IMG/VR virus record: IMGVR_UViG_3300017747_002824
Location: 1 to 43,070 of that record
Direction: 5' to 3' (one strand)
DNA length: 43,070 bases
Origin: a virus
Lineage: Duplodnaviria; Caudoviricetes
The notes below the pieces were generated by a model. That model made no database searches. It saw only the letters and a list, made by a program, of their open reading frames with translations, and was not told where the DNA came from. Made by a program: the position numbers and the translations under genes. Below are positions 9,270-16,586 of the stretch, piece after piece. Within the stretch, counting starts at the first letter, position 1; each line of letters begins with the position of its first letter.

Positions 9270-9299
9270 TTTCTACAGGGTGCGGGGTAGGGCTGTCAA
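9270..9299 (-). promoter_or_regulatory. promoter TTGACA-N18-TAGAAA
   Basis: Near copy of the 8171-8199 promoter. Confidence 0.65.
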
Positions 9300-9319
9300 C
9301 CCCTTTGTTGGGTTTGTTC

Positions 9320-9352
9320 AGAAAACGGGAAAGACCGCCCGTTAGGGCGGTC
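9320..9352 (-). terminator. intrinsic terminator
   Basis: GACCGCCC-TAAC-GGGCGGTC then TTTCCCGTTTT on the minus strand. Confidence 0.7.
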
Positions 9353-9385
9353 CTGCCGTGTCCCTTCTTTCTGTTGTGCGGGGGG

Positions 9386-9571
9386 TTAGGGGTTCATCCA
9401 CCCGCAAGCGGTACAGGTGCCACGGCGGAGGGTTCCGGTTCGGCGCTTGCCGGTAACGCTTGCTATCGTGGCACACGGGTCGCTGTCTGCGTGCTGCGGG
9501 CAAAGCATCGTGGTTACACTCCCATCGTTGTGGTGGGCGCAAGCACAACCCCTGGCGGTCTCGGTTTGCAT
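9386..9571 (-). CDS. small Cys-rich (zinc-binding?) protein
   Basis: CAC...CPQH...CTACGW; GAAGGAA RBS. Confidence 0.6.
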   Translation of the reverse strand: MQTETARGCACAHHNDGSVTTMLCPQHADSDPCATIASVTGKRRTGTLRRGTCTACGWMNP

Positions 9572-9613
9572 GGTTCGGGGTTCCTTCCGGTTTGCGGGGT
9601 TGGGGGTTGGGGG

Positions 9614-9913
9614 TTAGCGGTTGAGGGCGTCCAACACGTCCGCAATCGTGCTGTTGCGTTCGATCAGTGCGTCGAAGGCTTCCGCCTTCGTCATGCCGAG
9701 GAAGTCCCCGCCGATCGGGGGGCGGCGATGGCCGGACCAACCGGGGGTCTCACGGTCTCGGAGGATCGTGTAGACACGGAAGGCGATTCCGTTGGACTTA
9801 GATCCGGTGGACATCTGGATCTCGTAGGCCGGATCGACAAGCCCGTTTTCGGTGCAGAGGGCAACGTAGCGCCGGAAGGCGGCTTCTACGTCGGCGGTCG
9901 TGGTGCGTTGCAT
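9614..9913 (-). CDS. hypothetical early protein
   Basis: TAAGGA RBS; downstream of the 9959-9987 promoter. Confidence 0.75.
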   Translation of the reverse strand: MQRTTTADVEAAFRRYVALCTENGLVDPAYEIQMSTGSKSNGIAFRVYTILRDRETPGWSGHRRPPIGGDFLGMTKAEAFDALIERNSTIADVLDALNR

Positions 9914-9958
9914 GGTCTCGGTCCTTAGGGGGTAGGGGTCGGCGTTCTTGTGTGTTGC

Positions 9959-9987
9959 ACGGTAAAGGGTCGGGGGCTGGCTGTCAA
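9959..9987 (-). promoter_or_regulatory. promoter TTGACA-N17-TACCGT
   Basis: Consensus -35 and TANNNT -10. Confidence 0.7.
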
Positions 9988-10029
9988 GGGGGAATGTTGT
10001 GGGGGCGGAAACAGGGGCCGGAAGAGGGG

Positions 10030-10041
10030 GAACGTGTGTTC
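10030..10041. promoter_or_regulatory. LexA/SOS-box-like site GAAC-GTGT-GTTC
   Basis: Matches the Gram-positive/actinobacterial GAAC-N4-GTTC core. Confidence 0.5.
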
Positions 10042-10113
10042 TGCCGGACTATACATATAAGCCAACGCTGCGTTGGAAGGGGTGTGGTGGGGCCGCTACG
10101 CTCGGTAGTCGAG

Positions 10114-10127
10114 CGAACAAGTGTTCG
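10114..10127. promoter_or_regulatory. LexA/SOS-box-like site CGAAC-AAGT-GTTCG
   Basis: Matches CGAAC-N4-GTTCG. Confidence 0.6.
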
Positions 10128-10140
10128 TGACGGGGGTCAC

Positions 10141-10214
10141 TCTCCTATACGTTCCGTAATACACTACCCGTTTGGTAGGGAATAGGAGAAAAGTAGACGG
10201 AAGCGTATAGGAGA
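10141..10214. repeat. imperfect inverted repeat in AT-rich non-coding region
   Basis: TCTCCTATACGTTCCGT (10141-10157) vs ACGGAAGCGTATAGGAGA (10197-10214). Confidence 0.7.
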
Positions 10215-10542
10215 AATAGGGTCTGACCTGGGGATCTAAGAGAAAAGAGTAGTAGTAAGTAGTAGTTTGTTGTTGTTGTAAGGGTCGTCTAGTTTTCGGG
10301 GATTTGGGGGTCCTGGGAAAACTGCCCTCTCAAAATCTAGCAAAAAACGTGTAAATCGTTTATGAGAATCATTCCCAAAATGGATGGCCGGGGGTTTAGG
10401 GTTAGATCGTGGTTTGCTCTGAGGCCGCACAGAATGCGTGCTAACGGCCTCCTGGGATGGGTCGGGTATTGGGGTCCGTTTGGCTTTCGGGGCGCTTAGA
10501 AGGGCGTAGGATGTTTACCGCCGGTAACTTGCACGGGGAATG

Positions 10543-10568
10543 AAAGAACCCCGCCTCTCGGCGGGGTC
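10543..10568 (-). terminator. intrinsic terminator
   Basis: ACCCCGCC-GAGA-GGCGGGGT then TCTTTC on the minus strand. Confidence 0.7.
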
Positions 10569-10601
10569 CTTGCGGGGTTTTGGGTTTGTGGGGGTTCGGG
10601 G

Positions 10602-10901
10602 TTAGCTGCACCTTTCGGCGGTTTGGATGGTGGGGTAGATCGGGGTGTCTTCTTGGAGGGAGAACCCGTAGCGGCGTCCTGAAGGCCCGTACCAAACCCC
10701 GTAAGGGGAAAGGGGAGGGTTAGCGCCTAGGTAGTTCGAGTCCCGGAGGAAGGACGCTGGCGGGTTCAGGGTGTTCGCCTTGCAGTACTGTCGCTCCCCG
10801 TAGGAGACCCGCAGAGGAGCAAGGATCATGAGAAGGGCGACGAACGCGGCTCCTGCAATGCACCGGAGGGTTTGCCGGCGCTGTGCTTGGGCGTGGGTCA
10901 C
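10602..10901 (-). CDS. membrane-anchored hypothetical protein
   Basis: GTGA coupling; TM segment IAGAAFVALLMILAP. Confidence 0.6.
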   Translation of the reverse strand: MTHAQAQRRQTLRCIAGAAFVALLMILAPLRVSYGERQYCKANTLNPPASFLRDSNYLGANPPLSPYGVWYGPSGRRYGFSLQEDTPIYPTIQTAERCS

Positions 10902-11038
10902 GTCATCACCTTTGCGATACACTCCTCGGCCCATGTGGTCGTGGGGCGCTCCTGGCGTCCCTTGTGGCGGCACTCGTGGAGGTGCAGCGGGTAGGTGAAC
11001 GTAAGCCCGCACTCCTCGCATGTGGTCTCGTCTGTCAT
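10898..11038 (-). CDS. small zinc-finger-like protein (CEECG...HLHEC)
   Basis: GAAAGG RBS; CxxC/His pattern. Confidence 0.55.
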   Translation of the reverse strand: MTDETTCEECGLTFTYPLHLHECRHKGRQERPTTTWAEECIAKVMT

Positions 11039-11070
11039 GGTCTGGCCTTTCGGGGTGGGGTGGTTGGTGG

Positions 11071-11187
11071 TCACTTGATGCGGTCCAGCTTGCGGGCAAG
11101 CTCGGCCTCGTTGTTGCAGTACCAACGCATACCAGGAAGGTCGATGACGTAGGTACCGTTAGGAAGGGAGGTGATGCGGTAGGTCAT
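11071..11187 (-). CDS. small hypothetical protein (MTYRITSLPNG..., 38 aa)
   Basis: Translated by hand; AGGAGGT RBS upstream; first gene of the left arm. Confidence 0.55.
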   Translation of the reverse strand: MTYRITSLPNGTYVIDLPGMRWYCNNEAELARKLDRIK

Positions 11188-11316
11188 GTGTCCAGTGTCT
11201 ACCTCCTGCGGCCCAGAGTCAAGGGGCAGCCCCTCCCTCTGCTGTGGCGTTCGTCACTCTGTAGCGTGAGTGTGTGTCTCATGTGTGAGATGACATGAAA
11301 CGTCACGTCGAGCGCA

Positions 11317-11360
11317 GGGGGAGGGGTACCGGTACACCCCGTTGCGGGTACCCCTCCCCC
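11317..11360. repeat. perfect 14-bp inverted repeat at the strand switch
   Basis: GGGGGAGGGGTACC-N16-GGTACCCCTCCCCC. Confidence 0.85.
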
Positions 11361-11426
11361 CACTAACTGTCCTCCCCCCATCACAGATTTCCCAGCCCTC
11401 CTATACATCTATGCTATACTCCTTCT

Positions 11427-11672
11427 ATGCCCGATCAACAGCCAATTACCGACCAAGCCACCTTCGGAGCGAACCTGCGCCGTCTACGGCTCTCACAGAA
11501 CCTCACCCAAGAGTTCCTGTCTCACAGGGCGGGAGTTCACTGGACCCTGCCGGGACAGGTCGAGCGGGGTGAGCGGAACCCTACCCTCAAGACGATCCTG
11601 TTGCTTGCAACAGGACTCAACCTCCCACCTGCTACACTCTTTACGACCCCGACCGAGGAGCAAGACCAGTGA
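11427..11672 (+). CDS. XRE-family HTH transcriptional regulator
   Basis: FGANLRRLRLSQNLTQEFLSHRAGVHWT...VERGERNPTL; leaderless, TGC-TATACT 6 nt upstream. Confidence 0.9.
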   Translation: MPDQQPITDQATFGANLRRLRLSQNLTQEFLSHRAGVHWTLPGQVERGERNPTLKTILLLATGLNLPPATLFTTPTEEQDQ

Positions 11673-11959
11673 CAACCATCCACCCCCTAGAAGACCGAGT
11701 ACTAGTAGTCCCAGATCCCGCAGACGACGTGACCAAGGGAGGAATCATCCTCCCCGACGCCGCTCAGGACAAGCCGCAGAAGGGAACCGTGGTAGCCGTA
11801 GGGGAGGGAACCACTACGATCTACGGCGTTGAGATCCTTCCAACGGTTGACGTAGGGGACAAGATCCTCTACTCCAAGTATGGCGGGACTGAGTTCACGG
11901 AGGGCGGAGAGACGTACCTGATCTTGAACTGCCGTGACGTGTTGGCGGTGGTCCGGTGA
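11669..11959 (+). CDS. groES: co-chaperonin GroES (Cpn10)
   Basis: HPLEDRVLV, mobile loop TKGGIILPD, KPQKGTVVAVGEG, SKYGGTE. Confidence 0.95.
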   Translation: MTTIHPLEDRVLVVPDPADDVTKGGIILPDAAQDKPQKGTVVAVGEGTTTIYGVEILPTVDVGDKILYSKYGGTEFTEGGETYLILNCRDVLAVVR

Positions 11960-12246
11960 ACGACCCCCTTTACGAAGCCTGCGATGCGTTCCTTTCCAAC
12001 CGGCACACGGTGCTGTGGTCCGACTTCGATCTGACCCGCCCCGACCGCAAGGAGAAGGCCGTCTTGTGGCTCCGAGACCAAATCCAAGGCGTTGCCGAGC
12101 ACTACGACGCTACGCAGACTCCGTTCTTTGCCGGGGGAAGACTTACCGGCCCGTACAGCACGGAGCAGGGGGGCGGCGGACAGCGACCGGATGGCAAGCG
12201 CCCGAGCGCCCTAGTTACGCACGGACAGCAGCCGGAACGGTGGTAA
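11956..12246 (+). CDS. hypothetical protein
   Basis: GTGA coupling with groES. Confidence 0.65.
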   Translation: MNDPLYEACDAFLSNRHTVLWSDFDLTRPDRKEKAVLWLRDQIQGVAEHYDATQTPFFAGGRLTGPYSTEQGGGGQRPDGKRPSALVTHGQQPERW

Positions 12247-12509
12247 ACGGAGAGGAGCGTTGGCGGTACAGGTTCCGCCAACAGCAGATGCATGGCTTTG
12301 ATGCCGTGGCGCTTGTTGCCACCCGGTACCGGGGAACAAAGGAGTCCGAGGTTCTGACGGAGGAGGGGTGGGAGCCGTTCGAGGAGAACGCCATCCTCCC
12401 GTTCTACAAGATTCCGAATGTTCAGGGACGGGATCTGTGGGAGGAGAAGCACGTCTTGTCCGTGCTTGACTCCTTCGAGACGCACATCCGGTCTCTGCTG
12501 CCGGGCTAA
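12240..12509 (+). CDS. hypothetical protein (MVNGEERWRYRF...)
   Basis: 3' part of the 11934-12509 ORF; GTG overlaps the previous stop. Confidence 0.6.
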   Translation: MVNGEERWRYRFRQQQMHGFDAVALVATRYRGTKESEVLTEEGWEPFEENAILPFYKIPNVQGRDLWEEKHVLSVLDSFETHIRSLLPG

Positions 12510-12526
12510 CGCTGTACGGCTTTCCA

Positions 12527-12641
12527 AGCAATAGGCCCTGAAACGGTCTTAATGCTTGCAAGTCCGCACAGTGCGGACAAGCCCGCCTTACGGCGGGAAG
12601 TCTGCGAACGCAGACACAACACGGTAAGACGCCGTACGGCG
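12527..12641 (+). ncRNA. candidate multi-hairpin RNA or operator array
   Basis: Five consecutive inverted repeats with short A-rich linkers ahead of a terminator. Confidence 0.35.
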
Positions 12642-12649
12642 ACAGGGGG

Positions 12650-12679
12650 GGCGGGGCGCAAGCCCCGCCTTCTGCTTTC
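12650..12679 (+). terminator. intrinsic terminator
   Basis: GGCGGGGC-GCAA-GCCCCGCC then TTCTGCTTT. Confidence 0.7.
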
Positions 12680-12697
12680 CCGTGCTAGACTAACGGC

Positions 12698-12967
12698 ATG
12701 ATTCTTGCCACGTCCTTCACGCTGTCCGGCACGCCGACGCTCATTGCCAACGGCACGGGCGGTCCGCATGAACTGTACCTCCGCTGTACCGCAGGGACCG
12801 ACGTGGTGATCGGCGGGTCCGCTGCCGACTGCCTGTATCCGGTGAAGACCACGGACACCGAAGGCACCGAGGTCTGTATTGAGACCAACGGCGAGGAGAT
12901 TTGGGCGGACGGCACCGGAACCCTGATTGCCCTTGAGTTCGGCCTGAGCGCCACGCCGGACGTGTAG
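12698..12967 (+). CDS. hypothetical protein (possibly virion-associated)
   Basis: Leaderless, TGC-TAGACT 6 nt upstream; Thr/Gly-rich. Confidence 0.7.
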   Translation: MILATSFTLSGTPTLIANGTGGPHELYLRCTAGTDVVIGGSAADCLYPVKTTDTEGTEVCIETNGEEIWADGTGTLIALEFGLSATPDV

Positions 12968-13023
12968 TAGACTGCTTCCCGTAGCGGCAACCGCCGTGAG
13001 AACCTACAGAAAGCAGTAGTACC

Positions 13024-13377
13024 GTGGCCCGTCTTACCCCTACCGTCAACTCCACCGTCTCCTCTAGCGTCAAGGGTGACCGCCGTGAGAAGGTCGTCAA
13101 GCTGACGATCGCCGGCACCTACGGCAGCGCCACTGCTGCGGACGGCGGTGCGCTCGTCACCCCCGCTCTTGTAGGTCTCACCTCCATCGACTACCTTGTG
13201 ATCCATCCGTCCTTCACGGCGGACACGATCGAAGAGCAGGCCGTCAGCATCGGCCCGTCAACCAGCACCACCGCAGGTTGGGTCATTGCCCTCACGAACA
13301 AGGACGATGATCTTGAGACTGCGGACGCCACCGCCGTTACGGGCGTAGCCTTCTACGCCACCGTGGTAGGCTTCTAG
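13024..13377 (+). CDS. putative head decoration/minor structural protein
   Basis: Thr/Ala-rich beta-type 117-aa ORF followed by a terminator. Confidence 0.55.
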   Translation: MARLTPTVNSTVSSSVKGDRREKVVKLTIAGTYGSATAADGGALVTPALVGLTSIDYLVIHPSFTADTIEEQAVSIGPSTSTTAGWVIALTNKDDDLETADATAVTGVAFYATVVGF

Positions 13378-13436
13378 GACAGGGGCGTACACCGGCCAAG
13401 AGCCTACGGGCGTAGAAGGACCGGGATAGTCCCGAC

Positions 13437-13467
13437 AGAACCCCCTGCCTTGCGGCAGGGGGTTCTT
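13437..13467. terminator. intrinsic terminator between convergent genes
   Basis: AGAACCCCCTGCC-TTGC-GGCAGGGGGTTCT, 13-bp stem. Confidence 0.75.
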
Positions 13468-13553
13468 ACGTTACCGTCCCGACGCCCCGCACGTTACCGT
13501 TCCGCCTATGACGGGTGCAGGGAAGTGCAGGACGTGCGAAAAACCACACGGTG

Positions 13554-14069
13554 TCAAGTGTTTTCCTCAGATTCAACGTCTAACACCGGCTCCAACGCCC
13601 CTGTTGCAAGCTCAAGTTTGCGCTGTTCGAGCGTAGCGGCGAGTTCCATGATCCGTTCAGCGGCGGGACCCATCTCCATCTCCACTTCAAGGCGGTCAGC
13701 GGACGGCTTCCACCTATCCCGCAGGTGAGCGGCCTCCTTTACTACCAGTTTCACCGCCCAAGGCTGTCCTTCTTCTAGCGCCTCATACAGTTTGTCCTCT
13801 GCAAGCTGCCATTTCTTGACTTCAGCAGTCTCAACGGCGTTGCGGAACCCCAAATCCGAGTCCAGTGCGGCGGAAACGGTGCTCCAAGAGACATCTACCT
13901 TCTCTGCGGCCCGTGAACGGCTGTTTCCGGCCCCGATGTGGTAGACGAACTGCGCCCGCATAGCCGGTGTGAAGCCGGGAGCGACGACAAGGCGCACATC
14001 CGGCGCTACGCCGGCAGCAACGAGTGCTTCTGCGGACTTCTTCCGGTCTTCTCCGGTTGCAACGGTCAT
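13554..14069 (-). CDS. terminase small subunit-like HTH protein
   Basis: HTH (NSRSRAAEKVDVSWSTV) then DLGFRNAVETAE...AEDKLYEA...WAVK, typical of TerS-like proteins. Confidence 0.65.
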   Translation of the reverse strand: MTVATGEDRKKSAEALVAAGVAPDVRLVVAPGFTPAMRAQFVYHIGAGNSRSRAAEKVDVSWSTVSAALDSDLGFRNAVETAEVKKWQLAEDKLYEALEEGQPWAVKLVVKEAAHLRDRWKPSADRLEVEMEMGPAAERIMELAATLEQRKLELATGALEPVLDVESEENT

Positions 14070-14121
14070 ACGACGAGTCTAACAGGCGGGGCGGCGGGGT
14101 CCCGCCTGCTAGAATGACGGG
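14070..14121. promoter_or_regulatory. back-to-back extended -10 leaderless promoters
   Basis: CCCGCCTGTTAGACT-N6-ATG (minus) and CCCGCCTGCTAGAAT-N6-GTG (plus). Confidence 0.7.
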
Positions 14122-14493
14122 GTGCCGACGACAAACATCGAAATCCTACCTGCTGATGTCAACCTGTACGGAGTGCAGGGGGATTTTTGGGAGTTCACCG
14201 TCCGTGTGCCGTCCGATGTGGACGGCGAATACGTTGACTTTGCGGGCTACACGTTCCTTTCGCAGATCCGTGCGAACGCCCTGTCCGACACCATCCTTGC
14301 GACGCTGACCGTCACGGCTACGGGCGCTACGCCGTCCACCTACGGGATCATCGTCTCCCTGTCGGCCACGATCACGGCCACGCTGCCGCAGCAGGCGGTG
14401 TGGGACCTGAAGGTCATCAACGGGGACGGCGAACCCCGCACCTACTTCTCAGGGAACGTTGAGGTCACCTACGACGTGAGCCGCACCCCGTGA
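14122..14493 (+). CDS. putative tail-fibre-associated/adaptor protein
   Basis: QGDFWEFTV...DFAGYTFLSQIR...WDLKV pattern seen in phage tail-associated beta-sandwich proteins; coupled to the fibre gene. Confidence 0.6.
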   Translation: MPTTNIEILPADVNLYGVQGDFWEFTVRVPSDVDGEYVDFAGYTFLSQIRANALSDTILATLTVTATGATPSTYGIIVSLSATITATLPQQAVWDLKVINGDGEPRTYFSGNVEVTYDVSRTP

Positions 14494-16586
14494 GCGATCT
14501 GCCGATTGTTGCCGAGGTCACCCCGCTCCCTGATGTGGTGGTTGATGTCACCCCGCTTCCTGCTATTGAGGCGGAGGTTGGTGCGCTGTACGGTCCAAGG
14601 ACCCCGACCACGCCGGAAGACGCCACGGTCTACGAGTACGCCCCTACTGCGTGGGCTATCGACGTAACCAACATTACGGAGGGCCGCACCTACATTGCGT
14701 CAGACGGCATTGCTGCCGACGGCACGACGTTCATGGCGGTCATTGCCACGCCGGGGACTGCGGCGGGTTCGTTCCGTGTTGTGGTCCGTCCGCAAACCGA
14801 GACGATCGCCCTTACGGGCGGGTTTCTCATCATCACGTCCGCAGGCAACGTTGCTTATGAACTTGTCGGGGACCCCCTTCCGACCACGCTCACGGACGGT
14901 GCCGTGTTCGAGTGCTACAACGGCGGGGACGGTTGGACGGTCACGTCGTCGCCTCTTGACTTCGCTTCCACGGGTGTTGGCACGGAACTGGCGGATAATC
15001 TGGACTACACGCAGTTCTCGTTCTCTACCGGCGTGTCCAACCTGCGGTCGCACATGTACGTCGGGGTGGCGCATGACGGTGCGGGCGTCACGGACTACAT
15101 CGACCAAACCCGTGTAGGCGATGACGCCGGCTACTACATGGCAGCGGACAATGCGGAGCCGGTGCTTCCTGCAGGCACGTTCCCGACAGGCGGGCCGGCG
15201 ATGATTGCCCTCCGCAATCAGGCGTCTGCTGACGGCGAAGGGGTGACGGGCTTCTACCACGCCCGTCGTATGCCCGCCAGCCTCACGTTCACGATCTCCA
15301 CGCCACTCGGGAACATCACGGTCACCCCCGCCAACTACGCATCCCCGCAGCCCGTTGAGGGGGACGTTTGCTTGGTCAACGGCCTCACCGTGGATGGGCA
15401 GTGGCAGGACTCGAACATCCAAGAAGGTGAGGATGTTGCGGTTGGCGACACGCTGACGTGGCGCACCACCGGCACCGGGATGTTTACGGACTTCGTTGAC
15501 ATCTCTCCGGGCGGTGCGGTCACGGCGGCGGACGTTTCCTACGACGGCACGACCTCAGGTTCCCCAGCCACGAACGTCCAAGACGCGGTGGACTCGGCGT
15601 TCCAAGGGGTCGCACTCCTGGGGACGCCGCCCGTCGATGCGCTGACCCCCACTACCGGCTCTGTTGACCTCGATCTTGATGCCGTGAACGGCTTTCTCCT
15701 GACCCACGCCTTGTCGGGCAACGTCACCTACACGTCCAGCAACCGGGCGGCAGGCAAGTCGGCCACGGTCAAGGTGTTGTGCGATGCCACGCCCCGCACG
15801 TTCACGTTCCCGTCGTGGGAGTTCATGGGCACCGCCCCCACCGGGATCGCTGCGAGCACCACGGGCACGCTGACGGTCACTTGGTACGGCACCGCCGACA
15901 CCGACGCTGTGGCGGTGTGGGAAGTCGAAGGAAGCGGCGGGTCCGGTGATGTCGCCGGCCCCGCTAGCGCAACGGCGGACAGCCTCGCCCGCTTCGACGG
16001 GACGACCGGCAAGCTGCTCAAGGACGGGGCCGTCATCGGGACAGATGTGCAGGCGTACGACGCTGACCTTGCCACGATTGCCGGACTCACGGCCACGTCC
16101 GACAACTTCATCCAGTCAAAGTCCTCCGCTTGGGCGTCACGCACCCCAGCACAGGTTGCTGCTGATCTGATCCCGCAGCTCTACGGGTCATTCACGCTGC
16201 CCGTTCTTGGTGGCGCATCCGCCTCCGCAGGCACATGGACGGCGCAAACCACGGGCAACATGACGTGCCTCGGTTCTGCCGGTGCGATCAACGACTACCG
16301 GGAATGGGCGTACGTCCCGGCAGGCGGCACCTACACGATCACCCTGATGCACATGGCCGGTGCCGCACTCGGTCAGTACCAACTGTCGATCAACGGGTCC
16401 ACCACGTCCTTGTCACTGATCGAAGGGTATGCGGCATCGAACACGGCCACACAGTCCACAATCGCCACCGGCTATGTCCTCGCCGCAGGCTTGCACACGA
16501 TCCGTATTTCGGTGCCGTCGAAGAACGCAGCCTCGTCCAACTATGTGATGCGTATGGCCTCTATTGACTTCGTGCGGACCGCCTAG
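14490..16586 (+). CDS. tail fibre/spike (receptor-binding) protein
   Basis: 698 aa, Thr/Gly/Ala-rich and modular; GDVAGPASATADSLARFDGTTGKLLK fibre motif; C-terminal jelly-roll-like domain. Confidence 0.7.
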   Translation: MSDLPIVAEVTPLPDVVVDVTPLPAIEAEVGALYGPRTPTTPEDATVYEYAPTAWAIDVTNITEGRTYIASDGIAADGTTFMAVIATPGTAAGSFRVVVRPQTETIALTGGFLIITSAGNVAYELVGDPLPTTLTDGAVFECYNGGDGWTVTSSPLDFASTGVGTELADNLDYTQFSFSTGVSNLRSHMYVGVAHDGAGVTDYIDQTRVGDDAGYYMAADNAEPVLPAGTFPTGGPAMIALRNQASADGEGVTGFYHARRMPASLTFTISTPLGNITVTPANYASPQPVEGDVCLVNGLTVDGQWQDSNIQEGEDVAVGDTLTWRTTGTGMFTDFVDISPGGAVTAADVSYDGTTSGSPATNVQDAVDSAFQGVALLGTPPVDALTPTTGSVDLDLDAVNGFLLTHALSGNVTYTSSNRAAGKSATVKVLCDATPRTFTFPSWEFMGTAPTGIAASTTGTLTVTWYGTADTDAVAVWEVEGSGGSGDVAGPASATADSLARFDGTTGKLLKDGAVIGTDVQAYDADLATIAGLTATSDNFIQSKSSAWASRTPAQVAADLIPQLYGSFTLPVLGGASASAGTWTAQTTGNMTCLGSAGAINDYREWAYVPAGGTYTITLMHMAGAALGQYQLSINGSTTSLSLIEGYAASNTATQSTIATGYVLAAGLHTIRISVPSKNAASSNYVMRMASIDFVRTA

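Noticed and set aside
10710-10750. tRNA-like GTTCGAGTCCC T-loop
   Set aside because: No cloverleaf or acceptor stem could be built, and it lies antisense within a coding region.
13530-13560. Minus-strand TTGACA as a fourth early promoter
   Set aside because: No TANNNT or TAGAAA at 16-18 nt spacing and no downstream gene.
14490-16586. Diversity-generating retroelement target in the tail fibre
   Set aside because: No reverse transcriptase and no TR/VR repeat pair seen.
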